Assembly (NCBI GenBank): GCA_964247055.1
Contig: OZ176055.1
Span: forward strand, 496,001-560,000
Reading direction: 5' to 3'
DNA length: 64,000 nucleotides
From: Paragordius varius
Lineage: Eukaryota > Animalia > Nematomorpha
Of this stretch, positions 11,466 through 24,400 are shown one piece after another; position 1 is the stretch's first letter, and the number at the start of each line of letters is the position of its first letter. Under the pieces are notes generated by a model, which was given only the letters and a program-made list of their open reading frames with translations, did no database searches and had not been told where the DNA came from. The position numbers were made by a program, and so were the translations under genes.

Positions 11466-13064
11466 ACATGTGCTATTATAATAAAGTTTTTGGGTTGATT
11501 TTACAGAAAATTTGCTCTAGCATACAAATTAGATAATTTTTGAATACAACTAAAACATCGTACGATGCAATTTTTTTGAAATGTAGGCAAAATTAACCTT
11601 TGTTTCAACCAAATGTGGTTAATTTAGTTTCAAATTTAGAGAGAATGTTATTAAGTAATTTGAAATGGGAATGGGCCCAAATTAATTGAAAATGTATAAT
11701 GTTGGCTTTGAGACAATTATCATCTGGAATACATAGGCCCATTAAAATGAATTGACATGTAGAATATTTTTATTCATATATTAATGCGCCAACTTATAGT
11801 ATTATTAATTTCTTAGCTCTTTGAATAGGTTCAACTCCAGGTCAAAGTATGACTATTTTTCTAAAAGGCTCCTGAAAATTGTGTGCTTATGTAATTTTCC
11901 GGCAAACATGAACCCCCATTCTTACACAGTAAGTTTTTAAGGAAGAGTTTCAAACATAGTCTGTTCAGCTCTTTAATAGTTCTACATGTATTCCTATTAT
12001 GATTTAAAAAATTTCTATTGGCAAAAAACTTAATCCAGCGCTTTTTTACCATACCAACCGTTAGACATTGTCTCAGTCTCTGTAAAATTTGCCACCACAT
12101 AAAAATAACTAGCTTTGGAGCAAATTTTTAGGAATCCTATGAAACTTTAAAAAAGGGTTTAATATATTTCCGCTACCAAAGCAAATTTTTTTGATAAGAT
12201 CTTTTTAAATAAGTGGGCTTATTTATGTGTAAAATACACCACCATGTAAAAATATATATTTGAAGCCTACGAAACGACACCATGTGGATTAAAAAATAAT
12301 TATAATTTTTTAGCGCGTTTTAAATTGATTGCTGGTCCACCTCTGGTAAATACGGTCAGGAATTACGTTGTTTGAAGTAATTTTTCACCCCAGTTATACT
12401 AGTATGTAAAATAAATTACTCCCAGTTATAGTTTTAGTCGAGGGCTTTTTCTATTAACTCCTTGGTAGGGCCTCAACCTATCTTAAATATGCCACTATAT
12501 AAAACAGCGTGCGTGTAAGAAGCAAATTTTGGAAATCTCAGAAGATCATATGTCCAGTCTAGAGACAAAATTTTCTTTTTAATAAGCCGATGAAGCACGG
12601 TTTGTATGCATTTGGTTAAAGTCGTTGTCGATTTATAGCTATTCCGTAGATAAATGTAAGCCAATATGCTCTGTTGTAAGTAAGGAACAATATAAATTTT
12701 TGTCGTAAAAAGTTTGTGCTATTAGTATGAGTTTCGGCGCATTTTACCACAGTAGCGCTGTCTTTTTCCCTCCATTTAACGTGTCATTATATAATATTCT
12801 AATTTCTGTGTCATAACGGTGTGTCCGAAACACGTTAATTGTTTTAACCTTTGAAAAGATTCGACCATCCAAAAATATTTGACTTTAAAGCAAATATTCA
12901 GAAAACCATGAGATCCGATGCCTTTAAAAGACGGTTATTTTGACAACAGTATAGAGACAAAATGGATGTTAGTTGGCGAATCTAGCTGGTTCTGGTTCCA
13001 ATTCGAAGCCATTGCGTTTGGGGGCTTCTACTAAAAATTAAACATATGCTGTTGGTCTAGTTCA

Positions 13065-13324
13065 AGGAACAGACGGCCCTTCAAAATATTTCTGCGGCCC
13101 GCGATAAATTTTAAATACAAAATTTTACGAAATCCAAGACAAAAATATTATCTCGAACAAATTTCTGAAAAATCATTCCGAATAAGAGCAAAAAAAATTT
13201 AAAATAATATGGTTGTTTTTACAGTCTTAGGTCTAAAATTTAATAAATATTTGTTAATGCCCATATAATTTTATATGCGGCCCGCCAAATTTGCTTGCGA
13301 AGCCATTTGTGTTGGACACCCCTG
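13065..13324 (-). mobile_element. hAT-type element end (terminal CAGGGGTGTCCAAC)
   Basis: GTTGGACACCCCTG at 13311-13324 with GCGGCCCGC subterminal motifs. Similar ends lie at 44533, 52396 and 54332 on the plus strand. Confidence 0.5.
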
Positions 13325-13845
13325 GTCTTGTTAATTTCGGGTAGCTTTTTAAATCATGAAAGTTTACACTTATTGGATTTAAAGTTAAAATTTACAATCT
13401 TTTTTTCGCTTTTTTTAAATATTACACATTATGCATAATTCAAGCAAGTATATAACCTTTTATTCAACAATTAAAAACCCTTATATACTTAATAGTTTTC
13501 ATAAGATGTTTTAATACTTTAAAAATTTACATTTTTAAACTAATAATAATTATTATTTTAATGATTATTAATTTTAAATGCTGTTTAACTAAGGTTCGCT
13601 AGATAACTTCATTTTTATCAAGTACAATTAAATTTTGCATTGGTGTGTACTTAGATGTGACTATTTATATACCTTGAACTGAAAATAATAATTTTTAGGT
13701 TATATATATAACATTATATTTTAAAACCAAAATAACTACTGGGTACATTGAGAAAAATTGGCAGCGGCTATTTAAAGAAATCATAAAATATTAATTTTGC
13801 AAATCAAAAATTAATAAATTTTTATATTTTTACACTCACGCGCCA

Positions 13846-15448
13846 ATGATCTTGTCATTTATTTCAACAAAGATTATGATGATTAAAATGATATGTAGTC
13901 TAATCATTTGTAGCAATTTAGCATACTGTCGACAGGATTTTGTTTCAAGCGCCCTATCAAATTCGATAAAATCGCCCAAAAAAGTCGCTTTTAAACGTCG
14001 GTACCAAACTCCGTTGTATGTGCCAAGCCTTGTTGACAACAATTCCATGGTTCCTCAATACTGTAGCGCAAATACTGAAGGTTGTGCTTTTTTTTCAAAA
14101 TTAATTTGTTAGATTCTTAGTTTTACACTTTTCAAATAAAAGTCTTATCCATACTCTAATTATTCATCTCATAATTAATCAGTTTTACGCTGTATACAGT
14201 AACAATTAAAATTGTACAGACAAAACGTAAAAATATAAGGACAAATATTTGGTTTAAAAAGACCGCTCTGTTTATTTTTAAACTTGATGTTTTGTAAATG
14301 TAACTCATTGTTTAGAATTGCAAATGAAATAAAGTTTAACACTATCAGTTACGTATTTTACAGTTACAATTATATAATTTACTTAGGAAAAAATTAAGGT
14401 TACAATAAAAAGTATGGTATTGAAAAGAAATATTTGTCATTTATATTTTTATGTTTTGATTGTATAATTTTAAATTTTACTCTATTATTTATATATAGAG
14501 GTTTACATTGAAAGTCTATTGTGCTATCAACCGTTGCGAGGATTAATTTCTAACATGGAAAATTATAAATATTTGACCGTAAAAGGCAATTCCGAAGGCA
14601 ATGTAACATCCAATTTGATTAAAAACGTAACTTTTTTCACAAATTGTGAAACAGATACTAAAAATCAAGATGGATCAGTCCTTCAAATTGAAAAAGGTAC
14701 TTAAATTATAGAAGCATTTTAATTTACATCATATATATATATGTTTTTTACAAAATAGCCATCAATGAAACATTGTATCAAAAAAAGTTGGAACGACTCA
14801 GAAACTTGAAAAGTTTACATTTTATTTTTATGTTTTTTTTAAATATACAGTATGAGTAAGTATACATTGCTAGAAAGTCATTTACTATTGCCAAATAGCA
14901 CATCCAACAAAGGGCAGTATTATTGGCTTATAGTTATTTTTTTCACTTTTTACTATTATTAGCCAATATTAATTCCTTTGCTGCATATTCTATTTGGTGT
15001 AGTGATTACTTTCTAGCATATATACTTACTATACTTTAATATGGAAATTAAATCTGAATATTTTTTTAACTAAACTGAAATTATACGGACAAAACGTAAA
15101 AATATTATGAAAAATATTTTTTCACCAAAAAACAACCACACTTTTTTTGAATCTAAATTTTTCCGTTATATATTATATATTTACAACTTTAAAATTATAA
15201 TTGATTATGTTACCGATATACATATCTATTTCATATTTTGCAATTGCAAAAAATGATTTAAATTTTACAAAATCGATATTAAACAAGTATGGTTGTTTTT
15301 TTTATAAAAAACACATGTGTCTTTATAGTGTTACGTTTAGTCCGTATAATTTTTTTACTTTTTATCCTAAATTAATATAGTGGAGGCCATCGTTAATCTA
15401 ATGTCTCAAAGTAATATATATTCTGGGTTTAAATATTTTTTGTAACAT

Positions 15449-15508
<60 letters not shown>

Positions 15509-17429
15509 TAATATACCATTTACAATTCAAATTCACACTGAAAATAAATTATGTGTTTTCGAACAATATAACAACTATTAATATTAATTAAATATATCTT
15601 TATGGCATAGTTCATTATTTTTTCAGTATTATTTTAATTTAAAACAAAATTATTATTTTTTAAAAATATAAAAAATATAGGTAATTTTAATCTTAAAAAA
15701 CATGCATTTTATTTGAGGGTGAATTTGAATTGTAAATGATATATATATATAAATTTGATAATTTTATAGACTCACGGCCAAATGGCCGTTCCATACGTCA
15801 TATCAATGCTAAAAGTAAAAAATTACATAATTTGCAAAATAATGTAATTTTATTTATAATATTTCACATTTTTACCAAATTAGTTCGTTGGGCCCTTAAA
15901 AAAATGGCAGGTTTAGTATTTAATTTTTATTTTGCCAAAATAACTATATATTTACAGTAAAAATTGAAGAAATCATAAGGACAAATCGTGCATAGTAACG
16001 GACAAAAACACTTTTATAATTATATTTATGTTTTATTTTTTAATTTACAGTAAAAATTGAAATTATACGGACAAAACGAAAAATTTTTTTATAAGACAAC
16101 CAACCATAGTTTATTAAACACTCATTTATCCCAAATAAATTATTTAATTACAATTGTAAAATATATAATTGATTGTGTTACCAATATACATTTCCAATTC
16201 ATACTTTCCAATTCTAAACAGTAAGTTATATGTAAAAAAGTCAAGTTGGATGTTTTTTGAAAAAAAATATTTGTCTTTATATTTTTACGTTTTTTCCGTA
16301 TAAATTAATTTAATATATTTAAAAAAAACCTCATTTCAGTTTGCAGTCTATGGAATATATATGGATATTATTAATACCAGTCAAATTAATATAATTCTAA
16401 ATCGTTAAATAAGTAGTTTATGCAGGATAAATCAAGGTTTAAAAACTTAATGTTGTTTGTTTGTTGTAAAAAATATTCTTTTAGTTTTCAACATTTTGTC
16501 TGTATAGCTTCAATTTTAACAAACTTTTTGTGTAGAGTGCAACACGACAGGCGTTTTGAGTCCTGAACCCAATATGGTTACAAAATTAGTACAGATCTCG
16601 AAAGGTAAAGTTTTTGATTCATGTAATTTATCCTATATTTCTTAGTCTAATCAAAGAGCGACATTTTATTATACTAAAAACTATATGGTTAATGTGACAT
16701 TCTTTGCAGTCATATCTAAAGCAAAGAGGGAAATAACCGCTGCCTTTTAAGATTTCTTTCAAAAATAATAATTTTAATAATTTGTGATAAAATTTTATTT
16801 GGATCATAAATAAATATTTGGAATATCAATCGTAGTTCGTAAATTTTAATCGTTTTGAGTTTAGTAAAATCCTTAAACAAAAAGCCACATTGCCGACAAT
16901 TTTATTTTACGCCTCTATATTTTTGGAATGTGTTTTAAATCATTTGATATATTAAAAATGAAATATTAACTTCTATATTACTGGGTAAATTTTACAGGGA
17001 GAATTGTTCACACATCTAAAACAAATCTTGGGAATGTGACGTTGGAAACTTATATAAGTAAATAGTGAAAATACTTTGCTAACATATTTTAAAAAAATTA
17101 TATATATTTATTTAAACATTTATAGTTGAAGTACCTCCTCGAAAAGAAATTAATAAAAATCTTACTACGAATGCCGCGGAAAAAAATAATTTAACCATCC
17201 AAGAAAACAAGCTCTTGACAAATCAGCAAGCTCCTGGTTATATACCAATGATACTTATAAAAGGTTTCACCTTTTGCTTAAATAAATTAAAGAAGAAATT
17301 TTTACAGTAGTAAAACATACAGTAAAATCAAAATCCAGACAAAACTTTAAAAAGTAAAGGAATGCTATTTGTAACGACCATATTTGTTTTAGATATAAAG
17401 TTATTTTTTTGCTTTCCAAAAATGGAGCA

Positions 17430-17460
<31 letters not shown>

Positions 17461-20400
17461 CTCACTAATGTAATAAATGATCAAATATTGTTTTGTTTAT
17501 CAAAAAAAATTTAATCAGTCCATCACTTTTTACTTGATTGCCTTGATAATTTTTAACGTTTTTACTATATTTAGTACCAAATGATACGAAAAAGTTGAAT
17601 AAGGCAAATAATGATAATAGCAGTTACATCAACAATATAATGCAAAAAATTATGTCACCAAACGTGTCGCAAACCGATGGAAAAAATATGACAAATATGT
17701 TAACCAAAGATGAAATTATACAAATATTAAGTAATACAATTATATCATAAACTATTATTTCTTACTATATTAAAAAAAGGATGGTACACAAAAAAAGCAA
17801 ACACATCCGACGAAGTTTATAAATTTTCATAATTTTTAAGAAACGTTATTGAGGTTTCAATAAATTTTGGCATGCATTTAAATAAATTCGTCGCAAAAGC
17901 TTTAATTTATAAATCTAACATAAATTATGCTAAAACTTTTTGAATACAATAGATTATTTAGCTTAAATGGAAATTATACTAATTTTTAAAAATCTTGTTT
18001 AAATTATTAAGCTATTATCTCGTAACTTTTTAAAATTGGTCTTCCATTCAGTGGAAAGGGTGTACAACTTCAGACGCCATCATGGGAAGGGGTTTATTAA
18101 TTTTTTTATAACTTAGTTTTTAATTCAACTTTTGAAAAACTACAGCCTAACTTGGGCTTAAGGATTCATTTGCCGGGCCTCCGCCTTGATTATTATTGTA
18201 AAATTATCTGATATATCGCTATTTATCCTCCTTTAAAGGGTGTACACAAATATCTTCACAGACCGCATTTAAAAAACCGGCGAGCCGCATTCGAAATATA
18301 TATGGGTTATCAAATCATTTCATTAAATTTCGAACATAAGACTTTAAAATGCAAATTTTTTCTAATTCTGATGATTTTACCAATTATTTTATTAGCATAA
18401 TATATGGATATCCAGATTTTTTGCAGGCCACCTGTTGGGGATTCCTGATTTAGTTTATCGTCATTATCTTTTAAGCGTTTTTCTTAAAAAAAATGGTGTG
18501 TGTGTTATAAGATACTCATGTAGTGACTCTTGGCTTTCTCATAAATTAATGTTCTCCATTTTTGACGATCCTGTGATTCTCTCAACAATCGAGGAAAAGT
18601 TCGGTTTGTTATTGATTTAAGCATGTTGATCCACCGCTTTTTGGTTCGGCCCCTTCTGCGGGTGCCATCTACCAACCCAAAAAGTATGCTTTTTTCTAGC
18701 GAGTCGGATCGCAGGATATGACCCAGATATTTTAGCTGTTTGAAGATTATTAAATCGTGAAGTAAAAATTCGGGTTTGATGAGGTTGAGGATATAAGAAT
18801 TGGAGATGTGGGCTTTCCAGGAGATTCTCAATATTTTCCGAAAGCACCACATTTGGAAAGAGTTTATGCGGGCTTTGTCAATGGATTTGCATATCCATGA
18901 ACAGCTGCGATTAAAACCCAATTCGGTCCCACCGATTGGTTTCCTATCCTCAGAGGTGTGAGACAAGGATGTGTCCTTTCTCCCCTCCTATTTAACTTAT
19001 AAACAGAAACATTAATACGCATTTGTAACTTTCCCCAACATATTACGGCACGGATCGGTGGTCTTACTATTTGCAATCTCCGGTACGCCGAGACACCATC
19101 CTCTTGTCAGAATCCCATACGGACATGATCTATCTTTTAAATAATCTCACCATCGAAGCAAGTTTGATGGGTCTTAAGCTGAACCCAGCTAAATCTAAAA
19201 TAATGATCCTAAACGCTCCACAACTACCATTTACAATCAATAACTACTCCATCGAACTAAGTGATCACTGTAAATATCTAGGCATAATTACATTCGACGG
19301 TAGCTCGAATCCCGAAATCCGAGCACGGAGCATTAGGACGTGCTACTATGGGTAAACTATCCAAAATTTGGAACTCGTCGGTCATAAGATTTCCAACCAA
19401 ACTTGCCATCCTGAAGGCGATAATATACCCCGTGGCAAAAATAAATTAGATTCGTTCTAAATATTTTATGACAATAAAAAAAACGCATTATGAAAGTTTT
19501 AACTACTCTCATATGTCGACCCCTCAATAAAATAAGACATAATTTAAGTTTGATATTGTTTTATTTTTTATATATTATTATGCCATGTATTTACAGTAAA
19601 AATTGAAATTATACGGACAAAACGTAAAAAATAAAGAATTTTTTTCTAAAAGACAACAATATTTTTTATATCTTGATTGTTTCAAATAAAAGTCATTTTA
19701 AACTCCAAAGTATAAATAGAAATTTATATTGGTAACACAATCAATTACATATTTTACGATTATTTTTAAATGATTTAAATAGGATAAATCAAGTTTTGAA
19801 AAAGTATGGTTGATTTATGAAAAAACATTTTTGTCTTTATATTTTTAAGTTTTGTCCTTATAATTTCATTTTTTACTGTATAACCTAATTTTCAGATGTT
19901 ATTTCGAATTAAACTTAAATATTTGTGTTTTCCAACATCATCAGCTTTGATAGCACATTATTGCAAAATATTAATTATTATGACTTGCAGAAAACATAGT
20001 CTATATTAAAATTTATTATTATACTGACAAAAGGTATAAAAATAATGAAATTTAATCAGCTATAAACTATTTATATAAGATAGATCTTAATTTAATAATC
20101 AAGTGCTTAAACAATTTATATCTTTTCACCCAATTTTGAATCTATATTGAAAAATCGATCTTTTTATTTTTACATTTTGTCTGTATTATTTGATTTATAC
20201 TATGTATGGCAATAGTTTAATCTGATTTATTCAATTCCCATTCAGATATCTCCACAACAACCAGTTCAAGAAATAAGAAAGATCCGTCGGAAATAAAGAC
20301 AAAAATCACTAAATCTAGTATTTATTGATATATGTTAGAAATTTGCGCATATTATATATTGAGAACACATTGCTTAACTCCGCTATAAAAAATTCATAAT

Positions 20401-21407
20401 ATAAATCTGTTTAAGTTAAAATATATATTTATATATTTATTGTAAGTATTTTCAGCAACAAATTGGTATTAAAAATTTCTAATGCTAATGCAAAACACCT
20501 TGAAATCAGTATGAAAACAATCTAACAAACTGAAGTCGTATTTTTAGCTGTTTAAAGGATAGATCTAAGCAAATCATATTTTTACTGGTTTAATCCAAAA
20601 TTTTCCATATATTTTTAAAATTATAGAATAATGTAAGTTTATTCATATTTATATGTTTAAATCAATTTATTTTCAAAGCTAATTTTAAATGAACTGGAAC
20701 ATTTTTTTTGAATTGCCAGTTTCAAAACTATAGTCATAATCATACTGCCCTCGATGAAAATGAATGTATTTTTCAAAATTTTCAATGCTTATATCTTTAT
20801 TTAACATGAATAGGTTGATAAAAGAAACTGTATAAGGATATTTTATGACTAATTCAGAGGTTTATGTTTGAAATAAAAAATCATTTTGAACCACTAATTA
20901 CAGTAAAAATTGAAATTATACGGACAAAAGGTAGAAATATAAAGACAAAATGTTTATCAAAAAAACCACCATAGTAATCTCGGTTTTTAAAATTTCAATC
21001 ATTTTTTGAAATTGCAAAATAAGAAATAGAGATGTAGATCGGTAATACTATCAAACCTTCTTTATAATTGTAATTTAAATATAGGAGAAATTAAGTTTTG
21101 AAAAGTATGGTGTTTTGAAAAAATTGTCTTGATATTTTTACGTATCCGTATAATTACAAATTTTACTGTAATTTTTTTAGGATATCAAAATAAAATGTAA
21201 ATTTGATATGTTGATGGAAAATATATCGGGAAATGCCGCATGCTCATGCTTACATATTCAGCATGTCCCTACATATAGGCATTCTTTTAAAATGTTTTCT
21301 AACCGATAAAAAGCGAACAAAGCTATTTTTCCACGAGAAGCGCTCAATTTTTTGAATACCGAACTATTTTGATTTTCAAAAAAATCATTTATATTGTAAA
21401 TATCATT

Positions 21408-21440
<33 letters not shown>

Positions 21441-24400
21441 AGAAACGGAAATCAGTTATGAATTGGTAGGCGCTGGTGACATTAAATTTGATGAAAAAGA
21501 ATTTACTCAAAGACGAGGCTCCGATCAATCTTCACTAACTGTCTTAAGTCCCTTTAAATGTAATTTTTGCATTTAGTATTTTAATAGTTTATCTAACACT
21601 TTATTAACTTTTGGGAGGAATTTTAAACCAGTGGTACTTTTTTGTGGCCTTGAAGTATTTATTAAATAGTTTGATATATCAATTTTGTGTATAAATATCG
21701 GTAAATGTGTCAAGCAACTATGAGATTACGGCACTTGAGACAATATAAATATATTTTTCTGTCTTTTAAAATTAATTTTTGGTAAGTACCATGTTTTAAA
21801 CCATGGCAATTTCATAATACAACTTACAATCTGTAACTGTTTAGGGGCGCATTGTTAAAAATATATATTTAATTAATATATAAAATTGCAAAAAATCTTA
21901 TCATATCCTTTTCCAAGATTTAATCTTTATTTTATATATCTTTTAGTCGTGTTACTGGGAATCGGATTAGGAAGTATGTTGATGCATTATATTTCATGCA
22001 CGTTTTTCAATAAAAATTTAAATTATACAGACAAAACGTAACTAATCAATAATATTTTTTTCCAAAATAGACAACCAAACTTTTACCACCCACTTTTTCC
22101 ACATAAATTATACAACTGAAAACATTAGTAAAAATTCAAAAACGGACAGAAAATATAAAGACAAATTTTTCAAAAAACAACCACACCTTAATTTTTCTCA
22201 TATTATATAAGTACAATTGTAAAATAAAAATTGATTATTTTACCAATATACATATCAATTTCCTACTTTGCAGTTCAAAACAATGAGTTTTTAAAAAAAT
22301 CAAGATATTAGAAGTATGGTTGTCTTTTAGAAAAAAATATTTGTCTTTATATTTTTTCGTTTTATCTATATAATTACACTTAAAAAAAGTAAATAATCTA
22401 CATTCGCATCTTTTACTAAGCAAAACAAACGAGTTGCATTTAATGTTTATAAAATCATGGTTTAAAAAATACAGGTGCCTTTTTCCAAAAATTATGGTTG
22501 TCTTTTAATTTATACATACGGTTAGCTACAATGTATGAGATTAAAGATACATATTAGTTACATCTTATAAATATGTATTTTGATATAATTTCATCTTAAA
22601 CGCATTATATAAGCTTACGTTTCTTTTGGTGCCATTATGGGAACGGCAAGTGGAATAGGGGCTGCCGGAGGGGTGGGTGCAGGTGGGGCATCTTTTCGCC
22701 CTCCTGGAAATCCTGGACCTTCAGTTCCAGGAACTTCAACTGGTTCCTCCAATCCCTCTAATGTTCACACTGCTCCTCAAGGTTTTTATTTATACTTAAA
22801 TTTTTATTCGAAAGTTTTTGGGAAAAATGGGAAATATAAGAAAAACATAAAATATGTTTGGACCCCGACTTCAAAAAATTTTTAGGGTTTTTTAAAATTT
22901 CTATATTGAAATTTCGTTCACCAATTTATAATATTAATGAAAATTGCAAACATTATTGACTTTTTTATTGACTTTTTTGGTTGTCTTATACACTACTTAG
23001 GTCAAAAAATAAGGGAATTAAAACTAAAATTTTAACTCATAACCGGAATACAAATGCGAAAGAACGATTCTTTTCCCAAAATTTTCGAAATGAAATAAAT
23101 GAGATCTAGCAAACGGCTAAGGTTTTAATCTTGTCTAAAATATTGATTAGACACCTGGCTGTGGCTTCTATATTTGCCATTTATAAAAAATGTTTTGAAT
23201 TAGTATTAAGATAAAATCAATATCATAGGTAACAAAGTTATATTTGGGGAAAAGTAATATCACTTTTGATTGAATTATTATTGAAAAAATCAAAAAAATA
23301 GTTTAATATGTTTGCTTAAATAGTAGAATCACCCCAAGCTGGCCCATCATGGAGTATAATTTTTTTAGATATTTTGTTCATTAACACTTAAATGTATTTA
23401 TGAGAAAAATTTTTTTGTTTAGGACCTGATCCTACCCCAAGTTCATTACCTGTACAGGAAACAAATGTCCATGAGCCTTTATTAGGTTTTTAAAATAATT
23501 AAAATATTTATATAAATTTTTAAGACATATGTTTTAAAATACGAAATTTGGGTGTTTAAAATTTCAAATTCACCCTAAATTTATATTATGTGTTTGAAAA
23601 TCAAAAAATACCTATATTTTTCGATATTATGCCATAAATAAATATTTCATATCAATAATAAGTTAGATGAGCCTAAATTTACAAATCATTTTTAGATCGA
23701 ATTTGAAAACTGTTTAAAAAATATTTGAGCGTAAATTTTAATTTTTCAAGGGTGAATTTGCAGTGTAACTGGCATATGTTATATTGGTGGTCTCCTAAGA
23801 TAGGGAGAAAATCCTTTGAATAAGATTAAAAAAAAATTTAATTTCCAATTACAGTAAATTGAAATTATACAGAAAAAAAGTAGAAATATAAAGATAAAGT
23901 TTTTGAAAAGACAATCAACCATACTTTTTAAAATATATAGTTATCCTACAAAAATCAATTAATTACTGTAAAATACATAATGGATTGTGTTACCAATTTA
24001 CAATTCTATTTCATATTTTCAACTTTAAACAATCATTTTTATTTAAGATAAACAAGATATAAATAGTATGGTTGTCTTTTATAAAAAAATAATTGTCATT
24101 ATATTTTTACGCTTTATCCGTAAAATATCCATTTTTACTCAGAGTCTTTAAGTATATAGCCATCGATAAATACATATTTAATACCAGTTAAATTAATTTT
24201 TCCCACCAATCTTTATATCAGAACCACAATCAAAACCTACGCCTTACGATGATAATGGCGATATACCGAATTTCGAGGATGACCTTTCCTCCATATGTAA
24301 GTTTAACTAAACTAAACTAAATTACAGTAAAAATTGTGATATACGGACAAAGCTTACAGTCATGTATCCTTTATTTTATTAAAAATTAATTTTTTTGTTA

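Noticed and set aside
11861-12100. CKNGGSC EGF-like motif in a minus-strand ORF
   Set aside because: The remaining EGF cysteines are absent, a stop follows soon after, and I could link no neighbouring exons. A plus-strand GTAAGT donor near 11929 is equally unexplained.
12350-13050. Moderately GC-rich stretch that looks coding
   Set aside because: All frames are interrupted and no motif was recognised. Probably a decayed TE next to the hAT end.
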